NCBI GenBank assembly: GCA_051747585.1 | Contig: JBNJGH010000004.1 | Location: 6,852-70,851, forward strand | From: Candidatus Rifleibacteriota bacterium | Lineage (GTDB): Bacteria > Muiribacteriota > Ozemobacteria > Ozemobacterales > Ozemobacteraceae | DNA length: 64,000 bases | Direction: 5' to 3' | In this document: one piece after another, positions 45,548 to 55,899 of the stretch | How the letters are laid out: the number at the start of each line of letters is the position of its first letter | Position numbering within the stretch: position 1 is the stretch's first letter | Translations under genes and position numbers: made by a program | Notes under the pieces: generated by a model | The model's database searches: none | What the model was told of the DNA's origin: nothing | Seen by the model: only the letters and a program-made list of their open reading frames with translations

Positions 45548-47238
45548 ATAAAATTACAGATAAGATCACCCATTGGGAATGGCTCAAAATAGCTAAACCA
45601 GCCAGATACATGGGGGGTGAAGTAAACCAGACAGAGATTAAAACAAATCCCCAACTTAGAGTTTGTTTAATTTTTCCAGACCTTTACGAGCTTGGCATGT
45701 CCAATCTTGCAATAAAAATTTTTTATGAAATTTTGAACAATCAGCCTGAAATCATGGCTGAACGTGCTTTTTCCCCCTGGGTAGACCTGGAAACCCTGCT
45801 TAGAAAAAAGGGGTTACCCTTGTTTTCTCTAGAAACAGCTACGCCCCTGAATGTATTTGACGCGCTTTTTATATCACTCCCTTATGAAATGACTTTTACT
45901 AATGTTGTTAATCTGCTCGACCTTTCCAATATTCCAATAAGATGGAAAGAAAGAAACAGCGGTCCACTGATCATAGCCGGCGGACCTTCTGCCGCTAACC
46001 CTTTGCCTGTTTCTACAATAATGGATGCAGTTTTAATTGGCGATGGCGAAGAAGCTATCGTTGAGATCTGCCAAAAGCTTTTGCAAGGCAAAAGTAGCGG
46101 CTCAACCATCAGCGAAACCAGAAAAAGCCTTAAAAGCATTGAAGGAATGTGGGTACCTCAATTTCCCGATAAAGTTAAAAGAAGAATATTTACAGACTTC
46201 AGCAAATCTACTCCCCCTGAAAAATTGCTTATTCCAAATGTGCAAACTGTGCATAATCGGGCTCCCCTTGAAATTTTCAGAGGCTGTGTAAATGGTTGTA
46301 GATTTTGCAATGCAGGCTTTTATTATCGTCCAAAACGAGAACGAAATGTGGACTGTCTGGCACAATCTGCCCGACGAATGCTTGAAAACACCGGCGAAGA
46401 GTCTCTTGGTTTGCTTTCGCTTTCAACATCTGATTACAGTCAACTCCCTGATCTGGTAAGCAAGCTTGAAGAGAATAAAATTTATCCAGAACAAAAAATT
46501 TCTATTCCTTCGATGCGCATGAATGAAAACACCATTAAATTGCTGAAAAATCACAAGGGTGCCCTGACATTTGCTCCGGAAGCCGGATCCCAAAGACTTA
46601 GAAATATTATATGTAAAAATGTGACCGAAAAAGATATTTTTGATGTAATCGAAGCAACTCGTGATATTAACTACCGTACTCTTAAACTTTATTTTATGAT
46701 GGGTTTACCCTTTGAGTCACAAGATGACCTTGATGCCATTGTTGAACTGGTGAAAAAAATTGAATATATTTCCAAAAAGATGAAACCCAGAAAGCAAATA
46801 TCAATTAGCCTCTCAGGTTTCATTCCAAAACCATTCACACCTTTCCAGTGGTGCAAACAGGCAAGCATGGATGAGTTAAAAAACAAACGTATAACGGTTA
46901 ACCAGGGCTTGAGGAATACCCGCGCACGTCTTTCATGGAGAGATGAATACCTCTGCATGCTCGAAGCTGTTTTATCAAGAGGCGATGAATCGGTTTCAGA
47001 ACTTATTATTGCCGCTCACAAAGCAGGTTGCAGATTCGATGGCTGGAACGAGCTTTTTAACCGCGCAGGATGGGAAAAAGCCTTTAAAGAACTTAATTTT
47101 GAACCAGAACACTTCTCACAGCAGTTTTCCCTTGAAAAGATGCTACCATGGGATTTCATAGACTTCCAGGTTCCTCGCTCCTTTTTGGAATCTGAGTATC
47201 AAAAAGCTGCTGAAATTGCCGGAGAATCAATTTCATGA
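45544..47238 (+). CDS. TIGR03960-type B12-binding radical SAM protein
   Basis: KPARYMGGE.N, FPDLYELGMSN, ERAF.PW.D, EIFRGC..GCRFC.AG, TFAPEAGSQRLR, F.PKPFTPFQW. Confidence 0.9.
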   Translation: MNKITDKITHWEWLKIAKPARYMGGEVNQTEIKTNPQLRVCLIFPDLYELGMSNLAIKIFYEILNNQPEIMAERAFSPWVDLETLLRKKGLPLFSLETATPLNVFDALFISLPYEMTFTNVVNLLDLSNIPIRWKERNSGPLIIAGGPSAANPLPVSTIMDAVLIGDGEEAIVEICQKLLQGKSSGSTISETRKSLKSIEGMWVPQFPDKVKRRIFTDFSKSTPPEKLLIPNVQTVHNRAPLEIFRGCVNGCRFCNAGFYYRPKRERNVDCLAQSARRMLENTGEESLGLLSLSTSDYSQLPDLVSKLEENKIYPEQKISIPSMRMNENTIKLLKNHKGALTFAPEAGSQRLRNIICKNVTEKDIFDVIEATRDINYRTLKLYFMMGLPFESQDDLDAIVELVKKIEYISKKMKPRKQISISLSGFIPKPFTPFQWCKQASMDELKNKRITVNQGLRNTRARLSWRDEYLCMLEAVLSRGDESVSELIIAAHKAGCRFDGWNELFNRAGWEKAFKELNFEPEHFSQQFSLEKMLPWDFIDFQVPRSFLESEYQKAAEIAGESIS

Positions 47239-47888
47239 ACCAGTCAAACGATACAACCATAAAAATTACCTACGGCAAAAATCACCAGGCGCGTTATATA
47301 GCGCATCTTGACACCATAGATATTATCTGCAAGGCATTAAGACGCCTCAAGCTGCCCTATATTGTTTCTCAGGGTTGTCATATAAGACCCAAAATTACCT
47401 TTGGCTCACCATTACCTCTTGGTCATGCAAGCAGATGCGAGCAATTTATTATCTCGCTGGCCAGACCTGTAGATCCAGACTGGCTGAAAAATAATCTGGG
47501 TGATTGTTTACCTGCAGGTATGGATGTCATTAAGGTTGAACAGCCTGCTCCTGATGAAACAAAGGGTGCTAATGGCGACCTCGTGACTTACCTGCTTGGT
47601 TTTAGTGAACTGGAAACGGCAACCCGGGCAATGGAATTCCTGAATAACCCGGAAACAAGCTTTAGCCAGTTATCTAAAGGCAAAGTAAAAAACTACAAAA
47701 TAGGAAATGCCTGCCAATCAATCAAATGTTTTGAACATTTGTCACCAGTTCTAATTGAAGCCGAATTTGTTCAGGGACAGGCAGGCCTTCCCTCTGTATC
47801 TAAAATAATTACCGCGCTGGCTGACAGCCTTGCTAAAAAACGTGATAATCTTGTAAAAATTGAAAGAATTTCACTAATAAAACTTTAA
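47235..47888 (+). CDS. TIGR03936-type radical SAM-linked protein (DUF2344)
   Basis: RYIAHLD...I...ALRR..LP...SQG....PKI.F..PLPLG..S; follows TIGR03960. Confidence 0.88.
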   Translation: MNQSNDTTIKITYGKNHQARYIAHLDTIDIICKALRRLKLPYIVSQGCHIRPKITFGSPLPLGHASRCEQFIISLARPVDPDWLKNNLGDCLPAGMDVIKVEQPAPDETKGANGDLVTYLLGFSELETATRAMEFLNNPETSFSQLSKGKVKNYKIGNACQSIKCFEHLSPVLIEAEFVQGQAGLPSVSKIITALADSLAKKRDNLVKIERISLIKL

Positions 47889-47907
47889 ATAAACTGGAGT
47901 AAATCTT

Positions 47908-49431
47908 TTGTCCCGTAAAATTATTTTAAACGTTGGGCCCTATGAATCCAGGGCCGCAATCGTCGAAGATGGTAACCTTGTAGAACTTTTATACGAAATT
48001 CAGGATTCAGAAAAAATTGTTGGCTGTATTTATAAAGGCAGAGTTGCCAATATTGTAAAAGGAACACAAAGTGCTTTTGTAGATATAGGTATTCATAAAG
48101 ATGCCTACCTCACCCTGGCCGGAGTAGAAAACCTCAACAGCGATGATGATTTTAAAGATGTTTTTAGAAGCCCGATCGAAGAAACCTTAAAAGTAGGTCA
48201 GAATGTGATTTTACAGATTCTTAAAGAACCTACACCGAACAAAGGGCCACGCTCAACCATGACTCTTTCGTTTCCTGGAAGATACCTGGTATTCATGCCT
48301 TCCGTTTCTCATATTGGCGTGTCAAAACGCATCTCTTATGATAAAGAACGCGACCGACTGCGAAATATAGGACGAAAAATTGCTCCCAAAGGCTGCGGCG
48401 TTGTATTCAGAACTGCATCTGAAGGCCTGGAAGAAAAAGTTTTAAAAGCAGACCTCGACCTGCTTGTCAAAATGTGGCGCAAGGTCGAAAATAAGGCCCG
48501 AAAAGCTCCGCCACGCACAATGCTTCACCGGGACATACCCCTGCCGATGAAAATTGCCCGAGATTTCTTCGATGACACCGTCGATGAAATGATTGTAGAT
48601 TCTGAAGAAGCTTATGAAACTATTCTGGAAGACTGCGACTTTCTGTCACCCCTACAAAGGGCTTCCTTAGAACTCTACAAAGATTCTACCCCAATTTTTG
48701 AAAAGTTCGCCATCGAAAAACAAATTGAAGATGCGTTATCAAGAAAAATCTGGCTCAATTCCGGTGGTTATATCTATTTTGATAAAACCGAAGCAATGCA
48801 TTGTATCGATGTTAACAGCGGACGTTTTTCAGGCGGGAAAAGCCTTGAAGAAACTGTTTTCAAGGTAAACCTTGAAGCTGCAGAAGTAATTGCCAGGCAA
48901 ATTCGTCTTAGAAACCTCTCAGGCATGATAATTATAGATTTTATTGACATGGAATCAAGAGATAACCGCAATAGAGTTTTGCGAAAATTACGCGATGGTT
49001 TCAGAGGAGATCGCAACAAACCAAATGTTCTTGATTTTTCCGAACTGGGTCTTATTCAGATGACCAGGCGTAGAACTTCAGCAAATCTTATTGAAATTCG
49101 CAAAGAAATTTGTCCCTGCTGTCACGGCAGTGGCCGGGTCTTGTCTTTACAGACGATAACCAATAAAGTTAAGAAACTGGTCATTGAAGAGTCAAGGCGA
49201 TATCAAAGCCCCAAAGTTGGTATTACCGCTCACAAAACAGTCATAGACTTTTTACGAGGAAAAAATAATCAGGGATTGAAAGAACTGCAAAATCGAGTTA
49301 ACCGAAGACTGATACTCAAAACCACCATAGGTCTTGATGTAGAAACTTTCAAGGTTGAAGCAATTCTTGACCAACAGGGAAAAAAGAAAAAAAATGACAA
49401 ATTTTCAAATAAATCGAATAAAAAGGATTAA
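47908..49431 (+). CDS. rng: Rne/Rng-family ribonuclease (RNase G)
   Basis: VG.IYKGRV.NIV.G.QSAFVDIG, KGPR.T...S..GRYLV.MP, IDVNSG, N..AA..IARQIRLRNL.G.IIIDFIDM. Confidence 0.94.
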   Translation: MSRKIILNVGPYESRAAIVEDGNLVELLYEIQDSEKIVGCIYKGRVANIVKGTQSAFVDIGIHKDAYLTLAGVENLNSDDDFKDVFRSPIEETLKVGQNVILQILKEPTPNKGPRSTMTLSFPGRYLVFMPSVSHIGVSKRISYDKERDRLRNIGRKIAPKGCGVVFRTASEGLEEKVLKADLDLLVKMWRKVENKARKAPPRTMLHRDIPLPMKIARDFFDDTVDEMIVDSEEAYETILEDCDFLSPLQRASLELYKDSTPIFEKFAIEKQIEDALSRKIWLNSGGYIYFDKTEAMHCIDVNSGRFSGGKSLEETVFKVNLEAAEVIARQIRLRNLSGMIIIDFIDMESRDNRNRVLRKLRDGFRGDRNKPNVLDFSELGLIQMTRRRTSANLIEIRKEICPCCHGSGRVLSLQTITNKVKKLVIEESRRYQSPKVGITAHKTVIDFLRGKNNQGLKELQNRVNRRLILKTTIGLDVETFKVEAILDQQGKKKKNDKFSNKSNKKD

Positions 49432-50122
49432 GCAAAGCTTACTCTTCATATTTGCATTCATTTGCATAACTGCGCCAAAGCTTTGGCCAGTCAATCTTGA
49501 ATTTAACCCTGAAACAGGAAGCACTTACAATTATCAACACAGCGGCCGACACGAATCAAAATCATATATCTTCAACCAGGAATTTACAGAAAAAAATGAA
49601 AGTTTCGACTTCGATTTTCAGGTTAAAGTCATTGATTTCCAGAATGATTCTTTTATAGTTGATATTACTCGCAACCAGAATACTTTCAGAAGATATTTAA
49701 AATCTGATTTTATTATTGCCGGCGCACCTTCTGAAGTTCTGCTCCCCCTTGTTATAACCTTGCCAGATAAAGATTGGAAAAAAGGGACGCAACACAATAT
49801 AAGCAGCCGGCTTAATCTTGGCCGCTTCGAAGTCCCTGCACAAATTGACCTGTTACTCAAAGATATCTCTAAAGAAAAGAATACTGCTGAAATATGGTTT
49901 GCCGGTAAACTTAATTTGCCGCAAGATAGACTTCGAAAAAAGAGCTTCTCGGTTAAAGGTAAAATATTTTTTGACCTGAAAAAACGTGTTATTCGAAAAG
50001 CAGACTGGTATTCAGAGTATTCTTTCAACATTATAAACAAAGAATTTGCCGTTACCAGAGACCTGTGGAAAATTCAGCTGAAAACTACCAATACCGTCCA
50101 GCTGAAAGGAATAGATAAATGA
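49394..50122 (+). CDS. Hypothetical exported protein (start probably ATG 49394)
   Basis: Hydrophobic signal-like segment, beta-rich body; no family recognised. Confidence 0.55.
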   Translation: MTNFQINRIKRIKQSLLFIFAFICITAPKLWPVNLEFNPETGSTYNYQHSGRHESKSYIFNQEFTEKNESFDFDFQVKVIDFQNDSFIVDITRNQNTFRRYLKSDFIIAGAPSEVLLPLVITLPDKDWKKGTQHNISSRLNLGRFEVPAQIDLLLKDISKEKNTAEIWFAGKLNLPQDRLRKKSFSVKGKIFFDLKKRVIRKADWYSEYSFNIINKEFAVTRDLWKIQLKTTNTVQLKGIDK

Positions 50123-50123
50123 T

Positions 50124-51065
50124 ATGCATACCATAATTGTTAAAATCAGCCTTACACTTTCTATTCTAGCCTTTTGTTTTATACCTGCAAAGGTTTTATC
50201 TCAAGATTACTCTATGACAAGCAGATTCAGATTCTGGCTGCTTAATAATGAGGCCAGGGCTCTGTCTGCATTGAGTTTTGACCAACTTCTCAGCTCGAGA
50301 ATCCAGGCTCCTCTCGCTATTTTACCGCCTCAGCAGGCATCAGCTATTCCTGCCGCAGAAGACATCTGGACAATGCACCGAAAATTTTATGTGTTGCTGG
50401 AAGAGCTGGATCATGTTTTTAACGCAGCAATAAGATTTGGCAATGGACGTTTTACAATTACTGTCAAAAAAGCACGACCGGAAATATGGGGAATACTTGC
50501 ATTTCATACTTATTCGCCCTGGGTTTTGAACGACCTTTATTCTTTAATGCGTAGATCCTTTTATAATGACCTTATTGCCGCCCTTAATCTTGATCCGACT
50601 AAAGATGTAAACCTTTCAACCCGTCTTGCCAATAGTTTAAGTAAACTTAACGAAAGAGATGTAAGACTTTTTAACCAGTATCTCAATACATTTTCCGCTC
50701 TTTATCCTTCAGATAACACTGCAAAATTAATAAAAACTCTTTTGCAAAGAAACTTCAATAATTCTATCGGCCAGGGGCTTACTCAACTTTTAAGACCTGA
50801 ATTCGTTAAGCTGGAGGCACAAGAAACTTTAGACATTTCAAATGAAGCCGACGAGGAAATTAAAGACCCTCTGGCCGAATTAGAACAACTTGCCGAAATG
50901 GAAGATTTTGCCACAGATTCAAATATTCAACCAGTTAGAAGGCCTACTGCAGAAGATTACCCTGCCCCCGAGAACACGGACAAAGAGGCTTCAGAAGACG
51001 AAAAATCTGAAGCTCTTGAAGAATCTGACCCTGAAGCTATTGAAATGTTTAATATCTGGGAATAG
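50124..51065 (+). CDS. Hypothetical exported protein with acidic C-terminal tail
   Basis: Signal peptide; long ORF filling the gap; no family recognised. Confidence 0.6.
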   Translation: MHTIIVKISLTLSILAFCFIPAKVLSQDYSMTSRFRFWLLNNEARALSALSFDQLLSSRIQAPLAILPPQQASAIPAAEDIWTMHRKFYVLLEELDHVFNAAIRFGNGRFTITVKKARPEIWGILAFHTYSPWVLNDLYSLMRRSFYNDLIAALNLDPTKDVNLSTRLANSLSKLNERDVRLFNQYLNTFSALYPSDNTAKLIKTLLQRNFNNSIGQGLTQLLRPEFVKLEAQETLDISNEADEEIKDPLAELEQLAEMEDFATDSNIQPVRRPTAEDYPAPENTDKEASEDEKSEALEESDPEAIEMFNIWE

Positions 51066-51072
51066 AAAGTTT

Positions 51073-52089
51073 CTAGTCCTTATTGTAATATTCTTCAAGC
51101 TTTTTCGGAGAATTTGCACGCAGCTTATTTAAGGCTTTTTCTTCAACCTGCCTGATTCTCTCACGGGTTACGCCCAGAATGCGGCCAATTTCTTCCAGTG
51201 ACCTTGGGATACCGTCATCCAGACCAAACCTGAGTTTAATAACCAACTGTTCACGATCGGTAAGAATCTTCATTACCCGCTCTATCTGATCATGGAGTAG
51301 AGAATCTATAACCGCCTCTTCAGGGCTTACAGCATCATCATTTGTTATATAATGTTCCAGTGAGGTGTCTTCTTTACTCCCCACTGTGACTTCGAGTGAA
51401 ACCGGCTCCTGAGTCAATTTCACGACTTCTTCGATTCGTTCTATCGGTAGATCAACCTTTTCAGAGAGTTCCTCCATTGTTGGTTCCCGACCTTCTTCCT
51501 GCACAAAAATTCGGATATTTTTACGAACCTTATTTACTATTTCCATAATATGAACAGGAATTCTAATTACTCTCGACTGCTCTGCAAGAGCACGAGTTAT
51601 CGCCTGACGAATCCACCAGGTTGAATAGGTTGAAAATTTATAACCCAGAGTATAATCGAATTTTTCTATAGAGCGTAATAACCCCAGGTTTCCTTCCTGA
51701 ATCAAATCCAGGAATAATAACCCACGGTTTGTATATTTTTTGGCTATGCTTACTACTAACCTGAGGTTAGCTTTGATCAAAGCTTCCCTTGCTTCCTGAT
51801 CTTTTTCAAGAATTCGCTTGGCAAAATCTTTTTCCTGGGCATGAGTGGCAAGTGAAAGTTTGGTTAGCTGCTGAAGATAAAGCTTTACTGAATCATCAAA
51901 AATAGAAAGTTCTTTACGTCTTTCCCGTTCATCCTGACGGTCGACTGCATCATCCTCGCCTTTTTTACCATCAGACGAAGCTATTTTAATCTGATCTTTA
52001 AACTTTTCAGGCTGTTTTTTATTTTGATCTTTATTTTGATCTTTATTTTTGCTCTTTTTACTGGTTGCCTTGATTAATTTTTTAGGCAT
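51073..52089 (-). CDS. RpoD/SigA-family sigma70 factor lacking a typical region 1.1
   Basis: DSVKLYL (1.2), [36 protein letters not shown] (2.3-2.4), LEEIG...[16 protein letters not shown] (4.2). Confidence 0.93.
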   Translation of the reverse strand: MPKKLIKATSKKSKNKDQNKDQNKKQPEKFKDQIKIASSDGKKGEDDAVDRQDERERRKELSIFDDSVKLYLQQLTKLSLATHAQEKDFAKRILEKDQEAREALIKANLRLVVSIAKKYTNRGLLFLDLIQEGNLGLLRSIEKFDYTLGYKFSTYSTWWIRQAITRALAEQSRVIRIPVHIMEIVNKVRKNIRIFVQEEGREPTMEELSEKVDLPIERIEEVVKLTQEPVSLEVTVGSKEDTSLEHYITNDDAVSPEEAVIDSLLHDQIERVMKILTDREQLVIKLRFGLDDGIPRSLEEIGRILGVTRERIRQVEEKALNKLRANSPKKLEEYYNKD

Positions 52090-53059
52090 TCCGGAACTCC
52101 TCTTCCTGACAGAAGCTGCCCATTGAACGGAATTTCTGATAGCGTTTATTAAGTAATTCGTCTTTTTTAAGTGCTTTCAAAGAGGGTAAATTTTTCTCTA
52201 CAATCTTTTTTATTGATTCGATAAATTTCTCTGGGTCTCTGTGAGCACCTCCGAGAGGTTCTGCTATTATTTCGTCAATAATGCCCAATTCTTTTAGGTT
52301 AACTGCCCTTAATTTTAATGCCTTTGCCGCTTCTTTTGATTTTGCCGGGTCTTTCCATAAAATTGCAGCACAGCCCTCGGCAGAAATAACTGAATAAACA
52401 GAATATTCAAACATGAAAATTCTATCACCAATGCTGATAGCAAGTGCGCCGCCCGAACCACCTTCACCGGTCACAAAACAAAGAATCGGTACAGATATTT
52501 CAGACATTTCGGCAAGATTACGGGCAATAGCTTCACTCTGGCCACGTTCTTCGGCACCTATGCCGGGAAACGCCCCCGGAGTGTCGATAAAAATAATAAC
52601 CGGGAGATTAAAACGCTCGGCCAGCTTCATAATTCTTAACGACTTACGGTATCCTTCAGGATGGGGCATGCCAAAGTTTCTATAGATGTTTTCTTCGGTG
52701 TCGTGCCCCTTCTGATGCCCCAGGAACATTACTTTATGCTCACCAATTTTACCCGGGCCGGCTACTATTGCCGGGTCATCGCTGAAAAGCCTGTCACCAT
52801 GAAGTTCAACAAAGTCATCAGAGCTCAACCTTTTAATTATATCAAGAGTCGAAGGACGGTCTATGTGCCTGGCAACCTGTGTTACCTGCCAGGGTTCCAG
52901 TTCGTTATAAATTTCCTGTTTCAGGGTTGTTATCTTGTCTGCAATGGCATTTATCTCACGCGACAAATCTATTTTGCCATTTTCAGAAATCGCCTGCAAC
53001 TCATTCAGCCTTGTTTCAAGTTCTATTATCGGCTTTTCAAATTCAAAATCTCTAGACAT
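52082..53059 (-). CDS. accA: Acetyl-CoA carboxylase carboxyltransferase alpha subunit
   Basis: [41 protein letters not shown]. Confidence 0.97.
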   Translation of the reverse strand: MSRDFEFEKPIIELETRLNELQAISENGKIDLSREINAIADKITTLKQEIYNELEPWQVTQVARHIDRPSTLDIIKRLSSDDFVELHGDRLFSDDPAIVAGPGKIGEHKVMFLGHQKGHDTEENIYRNFGMPHPEGYRKSLRIMKLAERFNLPVIIFIDTPGAFPGIGAEERGQSEAIARNLAEMSEISVPILCFVTGEGGSGGALAISIGDRIFMFEYSVYSVISAEGCAAILWKDPAKSKEAAKALKLRAVNLKELGIIDEIIAEPLGGAHRDPEKFIESIKKIVEKNLPSLKALKKDELLNKRYQKFRSMGSFCQEEEFRNA

Positions 53060-53071
53060 TTTATCTCCCGG

Positions 53072-53896
53072 TCAGCTGCTGAATAGTTGTAATAATTTAG
53101 CCAGAGTATTTTTCAACACCCGACGGTGTACAACCGCGTCAATCATTCCGTGCTCGAGTAGAAATTCCGCCCGTTGAAAACCTTCAGGCAGCTTTTGTCT
53201 GATGGTCTGCTCTATAACCCTGGGGCCGGCAAAACCTATATAAGCGGCGGGTTCAGCGATATTTACATCTCCCAAACTCGCAAAACTTGCAGAAACACCA
53301 CCCGAAGTGGGATCAGTCATAACTGAAACAAAAGGTACAGAAGCCGAATTAAGCTTTTGAATCGCAGCTGAAGTTTTCGCCATCTGCATAAGCGAAAGAA
53401 TCCCCTCCTGCATTCTTGCTCCACCGCTCGCAGAAACAACAATTACAGGGGTTTTCTCTTCTAAAGCCAGCTCAAAAAGTCGGGTTATTTTTTCTCCGAC
53501 TACCGAACCCATACTTCCGCCCATAAATTCAAAATTCATTACCGCCAGTAAAATGGGTAGCCCGTCAAGTTTCCCTCTACCACATGTTACAGCTTCAAAA
53601 ACATCAGTTTTATTGATAGCTATTGAAAGGCGGTCAGGATAAGATTTAGAATCTACAAATTCAAGCGGATCAACTGATTTCATTTCTGCATCAAATTCTA
53701 CAAATGAATTATTGTCAACCATCAAGGCAATTCTATCCCAGACAGGCATTCGCAAATGATGATCACATTTGTTGCAGAGATAAAGGTTTTTTGCAAGGTC
53801 TTTAATAAGTAATACCTCGCCACATTTATTACATTTCTTCCAAAGATCCGATGGAATGTCGCGCTTAGACCTAGTTAATTTGTCAAACCAGCCCAT
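53072..53896 (-). CDS. accD: Acetyl-CoA carboxylase carboxyltransferase beta subunit
   Basis: LW.KC..C...C..C zinc finger, FMGGSMGSVVGE, SGGARMQEG, FQRAEFLLEHG. Confidence 0.97.
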   Translation of the reverse strand: MGWFDKLTRSKRDIPSDLWKKCNKCGEVLLIKDLAKNLYLCNKCDHHLRMPVWDRIALMVDNNSFVEFDAEMKSVDPLEFVDSKSYPDRLSIAINKTDVFEAVTCGRGKLDGLPILLAVMNFEFMGGSMGSVVGEKITRLFELALEEKTPVIVVSASGGARMQEGILSLMQMAKTSAAIQKLNSASVPFVSVMTDPTSGGVSASFASLGDVNIAEPAAYIGFAGPRVIEQTIRQKLPEGFQRAEFLLEHGMIDAVVHRRVLKNTLAKLLQLFSS

Positions 53897-53986
53897 TAGT
53901 TAACCGCCTGAAAGCATTTTTTTAAGTTGGTCATAGGTTTTGGTTATACCAGATTTACAAACCCTTTTCAAGAGGAAAGAAAGCAT

Positions 53987-54023
53987 AAAAAAGGTCGCCT
54001 GCAATAAAATGCAAGCGACCTTT
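53987..54023 (-). terminator. Intrinsic terminator of the diheme lipoprotein gene
   Basis: Minus strand reads aaaggtcgcttgca-ttttat-tgcaggcgacc-tttttt. Confidence 0.8.
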
Positions 54024-54043
54024 CAAGATCACCTTAATCAGGT

Positions 54044-55090
54044 TCATTCTTCAAAGGAATCAGTCTTGAATGTGTAAATTTTACTTTTGTGCTCAGCACC
54101 TTCGCTGTCGGTCGCTTCCAGGTAGCATTTGTATTCTGTATCAGCATCCAGTCCGGTTACAAATCCATCAAAGCTGGTAAGCGGTTCACCGCCGGCCAGG
54201 TCATTCAAATTTACCTGGTCGGCAAGAGTATTGTCATCTGCGTAAATAAAATATGCAAATACGGTACTTGGATCATCAACCGAAAACTTAATTGTAGCTT
54301 TAAAAGAACCGTCTTCAGAAATATCAATGCCTGAGAAGAAAGAATCGATTCCCGTATTGTCAGATCCGGTTATTGAAGTCGGATCGGGCTGTTTTTCAAG
54401 AGTAGTAAAAGTTAAAACTCCAAATGAACTTGTTGTCGTTTTATTTCCCTGCTTATCAGTGCAAATTAGTTCATAACTGTAAGTAGTTTCTGGTTGCAAG
54501 CCATTTACTTCATACCTGTGTCTGGTTTCATAGCTTACACTAACAGGAAATTCCATACGATCGCCGCCGGTAGTTCTTAGAACCATTCTGCTAAGGCAAT
54601 CTTCATCTGTTATCCAGCTGATTGTAACCGAACCGTCTTTAGGAGTGGTTACAACGCTGCTTATTATAGGAGGAATGTCATCTGCAAAACCTGGCAGCCC
54701 ATTGGTCCCATGGCAGAGATAACACATACTTGAATCGGTGTAATTATGATCGGGATTCCTGGAAGTATCATCATGACATGACAAACAGGAAGATTGCTGC
54801 CAACCCGGATGCATATTATCCAGCAAAGGAGCGTTGGTATGCCCGTCAATGCTGCCCGAACCATCGCTTGGGGTGGATATTATCGGGGAATCGATTGAAC
54901 CGGGGTTCGTAACCGTTCCGTCGGTAGGTCCCCCTACTTCTTTTTCTGCTTCCTGATAAGCTCCCAATGGGTTAACAGAAGAGCCAGAGCCAACAGAACT
55001 TGACGAACAACCTGCCGACATAAACGCCACTGCTGTTAGCATTAACAGAAGAAGCCATGATTTTTCACGCAATTGGCGATAAGACTTCAT
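54044..55090 (-). CDS. Lipoprotein with two CxxCH heme-c motifs and two FN3-like domains
   Basis: Lipobox MSAGC; CLSCH (54773-54787) and CYLCH (54710-54724); VTISWITD...H....GL.P.TTY.Y and GL...TEY..Y FN3 patterns. Confidence 0.75.
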   Translation of the reverse strand: MKSYRQLREKSWLLLLMLTAVAFMSAGCSSSSVGSGSSVNPLGAYQEAEKEVGGPTDGTVTNPGSIDSPIISTPSDGSGSIDGHTNAPLLDNMHPGWQQSSCLSCHDDTSRNPDHNYTDSSMCYLCHGTNGLPGFADDIPPIISSVVTTPKDGSVTISWITDEDCLSRMVLRTTGGDRMEFPVSVSYETRHRYEVNGLQPETTYSYELICTDKQGNKTTTSSFGVLTFTTLEKQPDPTSITGSDNTGIDSFFSGIDISEDGSFKATIKFSVDDPSTVFAYFIYADDNTLADQVNLNDLAGGEPLTSFDGFVTGLDADTEYKCYLEATDSEGAEHKSKIYTFKTDSFEE

Positions 55091-55143
55091 AGATGATTAG
55101 TGACCTCCAAATTTGTTCCTGCTTGTAAACAGGTCTCTAGGCA

Positions 55144-55171
55144 GTATCGTCATAAATCATTACCCCGCTTA
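55144..55171 (-). promoter_or_regulatory. Possible sigma28-type promoter of the diheme lipoprotein
   Basis: Minus strand TAAG-N16-GACGATAC; two mismatches to consensus. Confidence 0.3.
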
Positions 55172-55192
55172 GCTCTTTCTCAAGTTCGATGT

Positions 55193-55210
55193 AAAAAAAA
55201 AAAAAAAAAA
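55193..55210. repeat. A18 homopolymer in the divergent promoter region
   Basis: 18 consecutive A, by far the longest run in the window. Confidence 0.9.
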
Positions 55211-55243
55211 TTTTAGTTCAAAAAAATAAGAAATCTGTCGAAA

Positions 55244-55888
55244 ATGTTTGAGGATTTAACAACCAAAATTTACGGGAAACCTATGAAACCATTAAAAAAA
55301 TACTTTGCATGGGCTGTTACTCTGGCATTTTCAGGAATATATTCGTTAATCATGTATCCGTTAGCTTTAATCAGAAATCTGGGTTATCACCTCAGGTCTC
55401 CTTCGGTATTGCTCTACGCCATGATTTTCTTTTTACTCGATCGATTCACTAAACTTATAATTCTAAACAATACCCATCATTTACCAGTCAAGGTAATAAA
55501 CGAATTCTTTACCATTACCTATGTAAAAAATCCAGGTGTAGCCTTTGGCTGGTTTCCTGACTGGCGACTACCTCCTATTCTAATGGCAGTAACCATGATT
55601 ATCATAATTGCTTACTACAGCCTCAAGCTCCCTGAAGAGGAAAGGCTCACACGCTGGTCTCTGGCTCTACTTGTGGGTGGCGCGATTGGAAATCTTTATG
55701 ACCGCATTGTCTATGGCTTTGTTGTTGATTTTTTCCTCTTTCACTTTGGAAGTTTTGATTTTCCGGTATTTAACGTTGCCGATGTTGCCATAGACTTTGG
55801 CGTTTTCATGTTATTTATTGACATTTTCTTTTTAAGCCCTGAAGATGAAGAAGAGGAAAAAAATCTTACCGTAGCAACTACGGCTTAA
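55244..55888 (+). CDS. lspA: Lipoprotein signal peptidase II, N-terminally extended
   Basis: D.FTK, NPGVAFG, GGAIGNLYDR, VVDF, FNVAD (both catalytic Asp present). Confidence 0.93.
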   Translation: MFEDLTTKIYGKPMKPLKKYFAWAVTLAFSGIYSLIMYPLALIRNLGYHLRSPSVLLYAMIFFLLDRFTKLIILNNTHHLPVKVINEFFTITYVKNPGVAFGWFPDWRLPPILMAVTMIIIIAYYSLKLPEEERLTRWSLALLVGGAIGNLYDRIVYGFVVDFFLFHFGSFDFPVFNVADVAIDFGVFMLFIDIFFLSPEDEEEEKNLTVATTA

Positions 55889-55899
55889 AAAATGTTTAA

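Noticed and set aside
52661..53086. 141-aa antisense ORF over accA (similarly 928-1248, 12043-12423, 49618-50040 and other short track ORFs)
   Set aside because: They overlap well-supported genes on the other strand or frame, with no recognisable motifs or ribosome-binding sites
55150..55192. Cyclic di-GMP-I riboswitch upstream of the diheme gene (GAAA and AGCGGGGT on the minus strand)
   Set aside because: The rest of the consensus (GGCAAAC, GACGCAAAG) and the P1/P2 pairing are missing
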